Assembly (NCBI GenBank): GCA_009859145.1
Contig: VRVR01000054.1
Location: forward strand, 124,001-188,000
DNA: 64,000 bases
Reading direction: 5' to 3'
Source: Andalucia godoyi And28
Taxonomy: Eukaryota; Protista; Jakobida
In this document: piece after piece, positions 51,104 to 60,727 of the stretch
Numbering within the stretch: position 1 is the stretch's first letter
Layout of the letters: each line of letters opens with the position of its first letter
Notes under the pieces: model-generated
Told to the model about the DNA's origin: nothing
The model's database searches: none
What the model saw: only the letters and a program-made list of their open reading frames with translations
Made by a program: the position numbers and the translations under genes

Positions 51104-51538
51104 GATATTTCTCGGCCCCCCCCCCCCCCCCCCCCGTTTTTTTTTTTTTGGCAGTCGTAGTACAAAATAGCCTCGTTTCCTCCATGGCGCCTGTTGATCA
51201 TTTGATGTGTATGGGGGGGGTATGTACGAGGCTTTTAGGCGGACAAACGAAAATAGATTTGGTCATTTTCCCCGACCTATTTATTGTTTCATCCCGCCCG
51301 CAACTCGTCAGCTTTGCAGGTGTGTTTTGGAAAAATTCCTCGGGTCCTTGATTTTTGCCTCTTGTCTTTTCTGTTTCTGTTGTTGTTTTGCTTTGCCCTC
51401 CTTTTTTTCTTTCTTCCAGTTTTTTTTCTTCTTCTTCATTTGGCGTTGAAGCCGTAAGTGTCTTTTTTTTTGTTTTGTTTTTGTTTTGTTTTTGTTTTTG
51501 ATTTGGCTGCGTGTTTGAAAATCCTCAAAAAACCATCC

Positions 51539-53473
51539 ATGGTCCTTGCGTTCTCACCGCCTCTTGGAGTGGGCCGCTCTCTTGATGAGGAGCTTGGGTT
51601 TTTACACTGCTACTCGCGACATGCGATCCACGGACTGATTCACACTGTATCTGTGTTTGCGCTGCTGCATTTTATGTTTTCTTCCTTCGCGTATGCTCCG
51701 TACATATTCTCGATTGCGGCACTGTTCCTGTACTTTTCTTGGGATAAGTCGTGTTCTGTCGTTATGGCGCTGGCTGCGTATGGGGGACTGCGCTTTTTTG
51801 CTCCGGTTTCAGCATCTACATTGATAATCCTGTTGTTGCTGACTGGAATCAGCGAACTTCATTCGATTGGACGTTTGCTTCCTTTGAGAAATGTGAAGTT
51901 GCTGGTGTTCTCACTTCCGTTCTACGCCATGATGCGGCTTTTGTGGTGGACAGGCCATTCGTGGTTTATGTGGGAGCGGGTCATTGCGTACGACGCGCTC
52001 TGGAGCTGCAAGATCCGTGGGAAAAAGGTCAACAATGTTTGGTGTGTGCAGTATGCTACGTCATCCAACTGGAACGGCCAGCTAACGAACCGTTTTGATT
52101 ATACGTTTGTTCCGGAAACTGCGCAAGATGTTGTGAACATTGTGAACTGGGCAAGGAACAACGGCAAAAAGCTGCGGATTCGAGGTCAAGGCCACACAAC
52201 GTCTCCCTTGCTGTTTTCCGATACGGATTCATGCCTAATTGACGTTCGAATCATGAATGCAGTTCGGATGGACGAGACGGCGCCGCCGAGCGCTCCTCGA
52301 GTCGTCGTATCTGCGGGCACCTGTTCTCACGAGATGGATTCGTTGCTGGAGCCGTTGGGCCTTTGCCAGCCTTGCAACACCGTGCTTTCGAACTTTCGTG
52401 TGGTTGGAGTTGTGTGCACTGGCTGCCATGGCGCAGGCTTCGAGTACGACTGCATCTCCGAACGCGTGGAATGGGTCAAGGTTGTCACTTCAGAGGGAAA
52501 GATTGAAACGATTTCTGAGGAATCGCATGGTGCAGATGTGATGGGAGCCATGCGCTGCAACCTTGGCGCTCTCGGAGTCGTTTTGGAACTGGCGCTTCGC
52601 GTGGAGCCGAGCACCACATGGAAGATCACTGATGAGTTGATTCCTGTGGAGAAAATGACTCGAGAGACTCTCAAGGATATTTTCAAACGCCCAGGGACCA
52701 CGGCAGAGCTGCTCTTCTTCCCGGCAGCTCAGGAATTTTGGATCAAGAAGTGCATACAACTCCCTGCAGGGACACCGGTTCATCCGTACTGGAAGGCGTA
52801 CCGCACCGTTCAGGATCTGCTGACGGGCACAATGTCAATTCCTCTGCGTTGGGCTTTCAATTTCGTGAGCCATGTTCCGCAGTTCAATTTGTTTCCACTG
52901 TATGTTCGCCAGCACTGGAAGTCCAACAGACAGTGGCTTGATATGCTCGCAATGACCAGTGTTCCGGTTCCTACGCTGGGCGCCGTGCACTACGGAAACT
53001 GCCTTGATCGGCTGTCCTTTGAGTTGTCCGAGTATCTCTTCAAAGTTGATCCGGATTTTGGAAATCTGCATTCTTTGCTGATGAGCTGCACTGCAGATAT
53101 TCGGACTATGCTTCGAGCAGGGGAAGTGCCGGTCACGTTGGTCATGGAGTTCCGAGTCAATCCTGCGTCTGAACGCACCACGCTGTCGCCGATGTACGGG
53201 AAAGCAGGCGAGTTCTTTTGCGGTCTTGAGTGGATTTCCTTGAAGGGGACGCCGGGGTACGACGAGTATGTTGCCCGTATGGCCAAGAAGCTGTTTGATG
53301 AGTATGGTGCGCGTCCGCACTGGGCAAAGAAGATGATTCTGCCGAACCACGAGCTGTTTCCTCGCATCAAGAAATCATTTGGACAGCGGATCCATTCGTT
53401 TGAAAACATCCGTAAGCGACTGGATCCTCATGACATGTTCCTCTGTGATTTCCTGGACCGTATCTTGCATTGA
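51539..53473 (+). CDS. FAD-linked oxidase (ALO/L-gulonolactone oxidase family) with an N-terminal multi-TM Mpo1/DUF962-like domain
   Basis: NWNG...PETAQDVVNIV...KKLRIRGQGHT (FAD-binding His motif), MRCNLGALGVV, GARPHWAK, IRKRLDPHDMF. The first ~150 aa form about 4-5 hydrophobic helices. Confidence 0.85.
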   Translation: MVLAFSPPLGVGRSLDEELGFLHCYSRHAIHGLIHTVSVFALLHFMFSSFAYAPYIFSIAALFLYFSWDKSCSVVMALAAYGGLRFFAPVSASTLIILLLLTGISELHSIGRLLPLRNVKLLVFSLPFYAMMRLLWWTGHSWFMWERVIAYDALWSCKIRGKKVNNVWCVQYATSSNWNGQLTNRFDYTFVPETAQDVVNIVNWARNNGKKLRIRGQGHTTSPLLFSDTDSCLIDVRIMNAVRMDETAPPSAPRVVVSAGTCSHEMDSLLEPLGLCQPCNTVLSNFRVVGVVCTGCHGAGFEYDCISERVEWVKVVTSEGKIETISEESHGADVMGAMRCNLGALGVVLELALRVEPSTTWKITDELIPVEKMTRETLKDIFKRPGTTAELLFFPAAQEFWIKKCIQLPAGTPVHPYWKAYRTVQDLLTGTMSIPLRWAFNFVSHVPQFNLFPLYVRQHWKSNRQWLDMLAMTSVPVPTLGAVHYGNCLDRLSFELSEYLFKVDPDFGNLHSLLMSCTADIRTMLRAGEVPVTLVMEFRVNPASERTTLSPMYGKAGEFFCGLEWISLKGTPGYDEYVARMAKKLFDEYGARPHWAKKMILPNHELFPRIKKSFGQRIHSFENIRKRLDPHDMFLCDFLDRILH

Positions 53474-53559
53474 CAATGGTTCTCTATTATTGTCCCACCC
53501 ACGATCATACTTTGTCGGGTATTCCGCGCATTCTCCACAAACTAGCCACAAGCCTAATA

Positions 53560-53573
53560 TTTATTTATTTTTA

Positions 53574-53604
<31 letters not shown>

Positions 53605-53613
53605 TTTATTTTA
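53560..53613. repeat. (TTTTTA)n repeat downstream of the oxidase gene
   Basis: Direct inspection. Confidence 0.85.
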
Positions 53614-54159
53614 TAAACAAATTCCTCCATATAACGTTTCCACTTTATAGACGAAGGATCTCGAACTCTATGTCCATGCGTACTGACACCAATGGAGTGC
53701 ATTTGTCGTTATTCCAAAGCCAGTGTTGCTTCACAGCACCTGTTGTACGTACTCTTCCAAAAAACGTCCATTGTTGACCTCAATTCTGAAATTGACTGTA
53801 AAAAAATAAATTAATAATAATAAATAGTAATAAATCATGAAAAAAGACGAAACTGACGGGGAATGACCGACTGACGGACTGACACCGCCTCATTTTCACT
53901 ATTGAGCGGTCCGTGTGCGTGTGTGTCTGTGGTTTTTTCCTCGTAGCCTTTGTGTTGGGGCCGCCTTTTCGGCACTTGCTCGTCTTTCGTTTCATAAACT
54001 CATCCTTTTCCCTTTCCTCCGTCTTTTGTGGTTTATTTTACTTTATTTTTTAAAATCTTTTTCCTACCATCCACTTCCTTTTTCCTTTGTAGTTTTCGTT
54101 TGCGCATTCTCGACCTCCTCTTTTTTGGATCCGCCTTTTCCAGCCCACTTTTCATCAAC

Positions 54160-54286
54160 ATGTCCGAGTACAAGATTGTCGTAGTAGGTTCCGGTGGTGT
54201 CGGCAAGTCCGGTATGTGTTCCTTCTGTTCCTTCTGTTCCTTGTGTTCCTTGTGTTCCTGTCTTTTGTAGCGCAGTATTAACGAGT

Positions 54287-54327
<41 letters not shown>

Positions 54328-54854
54328 GATGGTCACCAGCGCTCACAATCCAGCTGATTCAGAACTACTTTATTGAGGAATACGACCCGACGATTGAGGA
54401 CTCGTACCGCAAGCAAGCGACGATTGACAATGAGACTTGTCTGTTGGATATTCTGGATACTGCAGGACAGGAGGAGTATTCTGCTCTTCGCGACCAGTAT
54501 ATGCGTTCTGGCCAGGGATTCCTGCTCGTGTACTCGATTACCGAGAAGAAGTCGTTTGAGGAAATTGCGACTTTCCGGGAGCAGATTCTGCGAGTCAAGG
54601 ACGCCGATGACGTGCCGATGGTTCTGGTGGGAAACAAGGCCGATTTAGAAAACGACCGTCAAGTTGCGACGCAGGCTGGAAAGAACCAGGCCCGCTTGTA
54701 CAACTCTCCGTTCTTCGAGACATCTGCAAAGGATCGTATGAACGTTGAGGAAGCCTTCTACGAGCTCGTCAGACAGATCAGAGCCGATCGCGCACGGAAA
54801 GAAGGCACTGCAAAGCCCCAGAAGAAGAAGAAAGGTGGCTGCGAACTCCTCTAA
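54160..54854 (+). CDS. RAS: Ras GTPase, two exons: join(54160..54211,54340..54854)
   Basis: Spliced product [43 protein letters not shown]...[21 protein letters not shown]...NKAD...ETSAK...[10 protein letters not shown]. Intron 54212-54339 has GTATGT...CCAG ends. Effector loop YDPTIEDSY and CaaX are present. Confidence 0.97.
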
Positions 54855-55202
54855 ATCGTCCCATTCTCCCTCTCCCTTCTTTCTCCCGTGATTGTCACCG
54901 TGTCTGTTTTGTCTGTTTTGTCCGCCCCCTTGCCCCTTGCCCCTTGCCCCTTGCCCCTTTGTCCTTGCTTCTTGCTATTCCATTCATCTGCTTTTCCCGA
55001 TCCTTCGCCTTCCGCCTTGTTTCAGGAGGGAGAGGGTAGTACACAATCTCTGTTTAGTTCTGCTATCATGTTCCGACAAGTAAATATCGTCTGTCTTCTA
55101 TGTATGTTGTGTTTCTTTAACTATAAATTCTGGAAACCATCGAAGAGTGTGCTTGGATGCAGCAACACGTAGTGGAAAGCTCGTCGGGGGCTCCGTCATG
55201 CC

Positions 55203-55439
55203 TTACGTCGCAGGGGTGCGGCCACACAGACCGCATGTCACCCAGTTCAAGCATGCTGCGATGTAGTGAGCCTAATTTTCAGAAGAGAACAGGTTAGACG
55301 CAAGAAAGGGGGGAAAAATGAAGCAAATGCGCTTGTCTGAGCGTGAAATAAACAGCAAACATACCAAGAGCGAGAATGTCGAAGCAATAAAGTTTCCGAC
55401 AATAACAAACGGTCGAACCAACCACGATGCCAGACCCAT
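55203..55439 (-). CDS. Spliced 47-aa microprotein: complement(join(55203..55271,55365..55439))
   Basis: A phase-0 intron at 55272-55364 has a GTATGT donor, CTAAC branch site and TTAG acceptor. The product is MGLASWLVRPFVIVGNFIASTFSLLAHYIAACLNWVTCGLCGRTPAT*. Confidence 0.72.
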
Positions 55440-56052
55440 AATGATGCTTTGTTCTTTTTTCTTTCTTTCTTCTGCGGTTTGATAACAAGTTCGAGGGATG
55501 TGAAGCCTTGGAAATGGATGGCAAAACAAAAAACAAAAAAAAAAAAAAAGGTTCCGCATGCTCGAAGATCGTGTTCGAATCAGCACCACCTGTGGCAACA
55601 ACAACAACAAAAACGTTTTATCCTCGAAGTTCTACTGGAGCACAGTGGCGCAGTGGAACCTTCCACATACCATAAAACACATTATAACAATATTGATAAC
55701 AGTACATAGCAACAGCAAAAACAAAAACAACAATATAACAATAACACCAAAGAGGATCAGCAAGACAGTGACGTGACCCTCCCGTTTTCGCTCGAACCGC
55801 AACTAGAAAATTTCTTTTCCAAGAGTACGTTATCAATGGAGATACACAAGCAGTTGCATCCCCATGCAAGGAGAGAGGAAAGAAGGAGAGAGGGGGATAT
55901 TCAAAAATCCGCTGCACAGCGAGAGCAACCCCGCGCTCTCTTTCCTTCCTGATCCACGGCAATGAAGCATTGGTTAGAAAATAAAAAGGGAAAAGGCCGA
56001 GCGGGGAGGATAAAAAACAAGGCAAAAATGGTGATGCTTTGCATTTGAATCA

Positions 56053-57060
56053 TCATGTCTCGGCATCGCGGAGAGGACAGAGTTGATCCGGAGGGGATTC
56101 CAACAAGGGAATTCCAAACTCGTCTGCGCACACACCGTTGGAGATCTCGACTCTGCGGACCGTGTTTTCCAGTTTTCGGATGCCAACGTTTGCAGAGTTT
56201 CTGTCATAGCGCTGCTTTCTGCCCAAGCAGTAGCTGATCTTATCGACGTACATCATTTTCAGTTTTTCCGAGTACCCGAATACAACAGCGTTCAGCAGTG
56301 GCGTGCTTGGCTCAAAGATGGCCTGCATATAGAACAGCCAATCCTGCTGCAAGGACGGGTTGACATACCCCAGAATTCGGTTCACGAGTCCCCATACCCA
56401 GCAGAACCCAAACACGACAATGAATGCCAGCAACCGCCGCTGCACCTTGTGTCTCGCTTCCAGGTTACCTCTCGTCGACGATTGCGGAAGCACTTTGATT
56501 TCGATCGTCATCCGCCGAATCACGAGAAATGACGCCACAACATTGAACATGAACACAAAGAACAGGATGCCGTAGCCAAAGTAGATGCGAGCTGGATTCT
56601 GGTCGCCCTTGATCCAGCAGTGATGCGGTCCTGCAGGACCGAATTCATTGTGTTCATACAAATATGCAGTCATGAAGCTCGGAAAGCCCCACGCAATAAC
56701 ATGATACACAGACTCCCACCAAAACACTCGCAGCGAGCTTCCGGGTCGAAGATTCGAGAATGCAACTCGAATGAGATGAACGGCCAGAAACAGCATCCAA
56801 AACAGCCCTGCGAATCCAAACATCTGGATCAAGCTTGCCTGTGTCGTGCACAGATGGTCATCTTCCACCACAAACGGCGACAAGAACCATGCACACGAAT
56901 CGAAAAAATCCGCAATCGACAGCCAAAGCACCAGCCGTTGACGATGATGCGAGAGCGTTCGGAACATGCAAAACGACACAATCACAAATAACGCACCGAG
57001 GATGCCAAAGCTCGCAGACACGGCAACCACGATTGATATTGTTGTCGGCGACGGCGTCAT
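56053..57060 (-). CDS. 7TM GPCR of the cAMP-receptor-like (CAR/GCR1) family
   Basis: Seven hydrophobic segments. SASFGILGALFVIVSF, RLVLWLSIADFFD, LCTTQASLIQMFGFAGLFWMLFLAVHL, YHVIAWGFP, GPAGPHHCWI, VFGFCWVWGLVNR, LLNAVVFG. ATG at 57060; the track start at 57075 is a GTG. Confidence 0.88.
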   Translation of the reverse strand: MTPSPTTISIVVAVSASFGILGALFVIVSFCMFRTLSHHRQRLVLWLSIADFFDSCAWFLSPFVVEDDHLCTTQASLIQMFGFAGLFWMLFLAVHLIRVAFSNLRPGSSLRVFWWESVYHVIAWGFPSFMTAYLYEHNEFGPAGPHHCWIKGDQNPARIYFGYGILFFVFMFNVVASFLVIRRMTIEIKVLPQSSTRGNLEARHKVQRRLLAFIVVFGFCWVWGLVNRILGYVNPSLQQDWLFYMQAIFEPSTPLLNAVVFGYSEKLKMMYVDKISYCLGRKQRYDRNSANVGIRKLENTVRRVEISNGVCADEFGIPLLESPPDQLCPLRDAET

Positions 57061-57653
57061 CGCGATCCACTGCACAGAAGCCCCTCCTTTCTAAATATTT
57101 TAATTAAATAATAAAGATGTTTAAAAAAAATAAAACAACAACAATAATAATAATAATAATAATAATAAGAAGAAGAAGAAGAAGAAGAAGAATAATAAGA
57201 AGAAGAATGAAAAACCAACCCGACAACAAAACGAAAACCCCTCACTTGTCGAGAGTTGGTACTTTCTTCTTTGTGTCGTTCTTCCAACGTGATCGGAGGA
57301 CGACGATCGAGCCTTCTTAGCTTTTGTTGGGGGTCTTTGCTGAATCGCCAAAAAGACAAGCGGAGAGCCGCAGCATCCATTTTCGTTTTCTCATGGGTTT
57401 CCTTTGGAGAGAGAGATCTTTTATTTTCCCGCACTGTCGACGGCTGTCGAACGACTCGAGGTCCCTGATGAAAAGGTGCGGAGTGCTTTTCGGAACCGTT
57501 GAATCATAGCACGTCATTGTCATGCATACGGGGGGAGTATACACAAACAGACACGGTCGATACTGGCCGACACCAGCTCGTTTGTTTCACAGGAATTCGT
57601 GATACACGGCCTCCTACGTCCCGCATAAGTGAACGTTGGAGGAAACAGAAGGT

Positions 57654-57887
57654 GGTCGGTTTGAGTCTGTTAGGAAGATCCCTTTTTGGAGCCATGAGAT
57701 GTTTTGTCTTTGTCTCTGATGAAAGGTGCTGCTTGAGGGTTCAATTGTAAAACACCAAACAAACAGAATAAAATAATAGAAAGAATAAAATGTGAAGAAT
57801 GAAAAGAAAATTCCTAGGCTTAACTACGGTAAGAAAAAAATCGTATTGTTTGATGTTTCAGCATTGATCCACAAAGCTGACAGCCAT
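57654..57887. repeat. Dispersed repeat, copy B (homologous to 5067-5225), interrupted by an A-rich stretch at about 57766-57845
   Basis: Manual alignment with copy A (see findings). Confidence 0.85.
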
Positions 57888-57954
57888 GCAGTACGTGGAG
57901 AATGTGTTGTTTTGTTTGCGGAAGGTTTTTTTAAAGGTACGATAGAAGGGGGTG

Positions 57955-58803
57955 ATGTGCATTGTGATACTGAAAAAGGCGAGCGATAAAGAGTGCAGCA
58001 ACGGCAGTCCAGTGTACATACTTCTTAACAACCGCGATGAACGAGGGAGTCGCGCATCGGAATTCCCGCGGTTGCATGCGAATGACGACGGGCACGTGTT
58101 TTTCGCAGGTCGTGATTTAGAGAAAGGCGGGACATGGTTCGGCGTCGACGATCTCGGCCGCTTTGCAATCCTTACAAATGTCCCAAATCTGGAGTTGCTT
58201 GCACAACCCGCAGTGCAGGGTGACCTGAACTCCAGTGCTCCCGTCAATGTTCCGTCGCGAGGACAGATTGTTTGGAGCTTTCTTGCAAACCAGTCCATGT
58301 CCCTCAACGAGTATGCCAACGTCATTCAAGGGAGCTGGGCGGTTTATCCTGGATTTTGCTTGCTGTATGGAGATCTGGACCACGCGCTCTTCCTCTCGCA
58401 CGCGTCCTCTGGTGACTCATTACCGGGCGCAGTTGCCGATGGCATTCACTGCTTTTCAAACTCTCCCCAGATGGACGACTACTCATGGAAAAAGATCAGA
58501 ACAGGCTCGGATTTGCTGCGGGATGCGCTGAAATCACTACCTGCTCTAGATTCTGCACACGAAATTCCGGCGACCGTCGCGAATGTGCTTTTCGAAGTCT
58601 TGCAGTCAAAATCGCCTCCGCCGTCGACGCCGTTTCTGGACGATGTCTTCGTGCATATGGAGGGGTATTGTACCAGATGTTCGATCATTACTTTTGTTTG
58701 GAAAGACAGGGTGCGGTGTTTGTGGAGAGAGTACTCTATGGACGGCCTTCGGATCGTGAATCACGGTACGGAGTCGTTTGCGATTGAGAAAAGACAGCAT
58801 TAG
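57955..58803 (+). CDS. TANGO2: TANGO2/NRDE-family protein
   Basis: N-terminal MC (Ntn-hydrolase-like), ILLNNRDE, AGRDLEKGGTWFGVDDLGRFAILTN, SRGQIV, HCFSN, YCTRCS. Confidence 0.93.
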   Translation: MCIVILKKASDKECSNGSPVYILLNNRDERGSRASEFPRLHANDDGHVFFAGRDLEKGGTWFGVDDLGRFAILTNVPNLELLAQPAVQGDLNSSAPVNVPSRGQIVWSFLANQSMSLNEYANVIQGSWAVYPGFCLLYGDLDHALFLSHASSGDSLPGAVADGIHCFSNSPQMDDYSWKKIRTGSDLLRDALKSLPALDSAHEIPATVANVLFEVLQSKSPPPSTPFLDDVFVHMEGYCTRCSIITFVWKDRVRCLWREYSMDGLRIVNHGTESFAIEKRQH

Positions 58804-59206
58804 CACCGCAGCCTGCAGTGCTGGGATGATCAAAACCGTCTTCTCCTCGTTGTTCAGCTGTATGCAGAGGCTTTGTATTCGGGTGTTTAATTATCTGTGG
58901 CAAAAATCCCCCAAGGAACGGCTGTGCGGAAATCGGGACGGTCTGTGGATGATCCATGCTTATTTGTTGGCACCTTTCTTGATTGTCCGCACTCTCGTGC
59001 ACGCTGTACACAGACATTTGGCGGCAACAAGAATGCAGGCTTGCAAGTTGGCAGCATCGTTTTTTCCACCTTCTTCTTCTTCTTCTTCTTCTTCTTCTTT
59101 TAAATGTTATACGCGTCTAAAAATTCAAACAGACAGCCAAGCGCCTTAATTCGTCCGAAGCAGCGGCTTTATGGCGCACACAAGAAGAAGGGATGTACTT
59201 TGCAGT

Positions 59207-60535
59207 CTAGCGGAAGCATACCACCAGTTTCAATGGGTAGGAACCCGTGTCCATGTCTCCGAAAGCCTCAATGAAAGCACAGAGCTGGTCGTGGAAGTAC
59301 TGAATCGCGACGACTGGCACAGCAGGCAAGGACGCAACGACGCCGAAAAGCCAGATCCATCGCTCAATCGAACCTCGGGAATAGATTTCCCAGCAAGCAT
59401 CCCACGGGAACTCGGTGCGGATGTGAGGAAACTTGGGCTCCAGCTCCTGCACCAAGGTGTTCCAGTACACTTCGATCCAACTGCGTGCATGCGCGACAAA
59501 CAGTTGCGGCTTCACATCCGAAATGAGAATCTGCCCCAGATCTGCACAAGGTTCCCAGGGACCAACCTCCGACCAATCGAACCACTTGACCGTTGCAATC
59601 GACTCTCGGGTGATTTCGGGAATTGTGTCACTTGGATTGTCATGATTCGCCGGTCTTCTCAGTATCACAAACATGTTTGAGCTGTGGAAGTCACCGTGGC
59701 ACATCGTAAACGGGACATGCTTGTCATGCAGATGGGCTTGTAATGCTTGCCAGTTCGTAGCCGCAAACGATCGATCCACGAGAGCCACGAACCGATCATT
59801 CATTCGAAAGTGCCCAGCAGACAAGTCGGTGGCCTCGTCCTGGGAAGGTCCGTGGAGGCGAGATTTCGCAGCCTCCCAGCAGCCGAGAGCCATCTGAGCT
59901 GCCTTTTCCCACGACTCTTGCTCCAGTCCGCGGTACCACGTGGCTGCCTTCATCCAGTCATTCTGCAGCAAAGCAGGATCGTTCCAGTGCAGCGCATGCA
60001 CTTTGGCCACCGTCTCGTAAATGACGCGGATCAAGGAGTCCTGCTCTTCGACAGAAAACTTGCGAACCGGGGATCCCCAAATCTGGTTGCCGAACACAAA
60101 GTTCACCGGAACAGTCTGCAAAGATGATTCTGCAGACGGCATCATGACGTTTTCCATCAGAACCGTGTATTCTTCTTTCTGATCCGAGTAGTGAGCATAC
60201 AGGACATCGGGAAGCACATCGGGAGCTGACGTCTTGCCCAGAATGGACTCCGCCAGTGTGTAAAACTGCGCTTCTCGCCATCGACGAGATGCCGCAACCG
60301 CTTTGCGATCCGCGTCGGAAGTGCCGCCCATCTTCAGAATGAGCTGCAGCGTCCGTAAAGGAGTCAGCGTCACAATGATGCGTCGCATACTTCCAATGAA
60401 GCCCCGGTTGGCATCTAGAGGAGCAACCTCGACATTCGAAACGGACTCATCGTTCGCCAGTCGCTCCTTTTCCCGCAGCAAGGACTCGATCCACTGCACA
60501 GTGACTTCCGGATTGCCAGGGCATGGTGCGTTCAT
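59207..60535 (-). CDS. EcKL/choline-kinase/APH-like small-molecule phosphotransferase
   Basis: GFIGSMRRI, LILKM, REAQFY, VLMENV, Brenner-like CHGDFHSSNMF, FDWSEVG. Confidence 0.85.
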   Translation of the reverse strand: MNAPCPGNPEVTVQWIESLLREKERLANDESVSNVEVAPLDANRGFIGSMRRIIVTLTPLRTLQLILKMGGTSDADRKAVAASRRWREAQFYTLAESILGKTSAPDVLPDVLYAHYSDQKEEYTVLMENVMMPSAESSLQTVPVNFVFGNQIWGSPVRKFSVEEQDSLIRVIYETVAKVHALHWNDPALLQNDWMKAATWYRGLEQESWEKAAQMALGCWEAAKSRLHGPSQDEATDLSAGHFRMNDRFVALVDRSFAATNWQALQAHLHDKHVPFTMCHGDFHSSNMFVILRRPANHDNPSDTIPEITRESIATVKWFDWSEVGPWEPCADLGQILISDVKPQLFVAHARSWIEVYWNTLVQELEPKFPHIRTEFPWDACWEIYSRGSIERWIWLFGVVASLPAVPVVAIQYFHDQLCAFIEAFGDMDTGSYPLKLVVCFR

Positions 60536-60613
60536 GTCTACTACCTCCTAAGCTTTGTCGAATAATGTTCAACTAAATACAAAAAAAAACGAAAACAAAA
60601 CAAAAACAAGAGA

Positions 60614-60653
60614 GACTGAGACTGAGACTGAGACTGAGACTGAGACTGAGACT

Positions 60654-60722
<69 letters not shown>
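60614..60722. repeat. (ACTGAG)n + (GA)n compound microsatellite upstream of the EcKL gene
   Basis: Direct inspection. Confidence 0.95.

Positions 60723-60727
<5 letters not shown>

Noticed and set aside
54190-54198. Ras P-loop GSGGVGKS as a possible activating variant
   Set aside because: The Ser is at position 11; G12, G13 and Q61 are wild type.
54269-54270. Alternative 3' splice site in the Ras intron (TTTTGTAG|CGC) that would create a premature stop
   Set aside because: There is no adenosine between the donor (A at 54214) and this AG, so no branch point is available upstream of it.
57792-57989. KIVLFDVSALIHKA resembling the first motif of a PIN/XPG nuclease
   Set aside because: It is only about 15 aa in a 65-codon non-ATG ORF overlapping TANGO2, and the homologous copy A is frameshifted. 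It is worth including in a frameshift-aware search but cannot be supported now.
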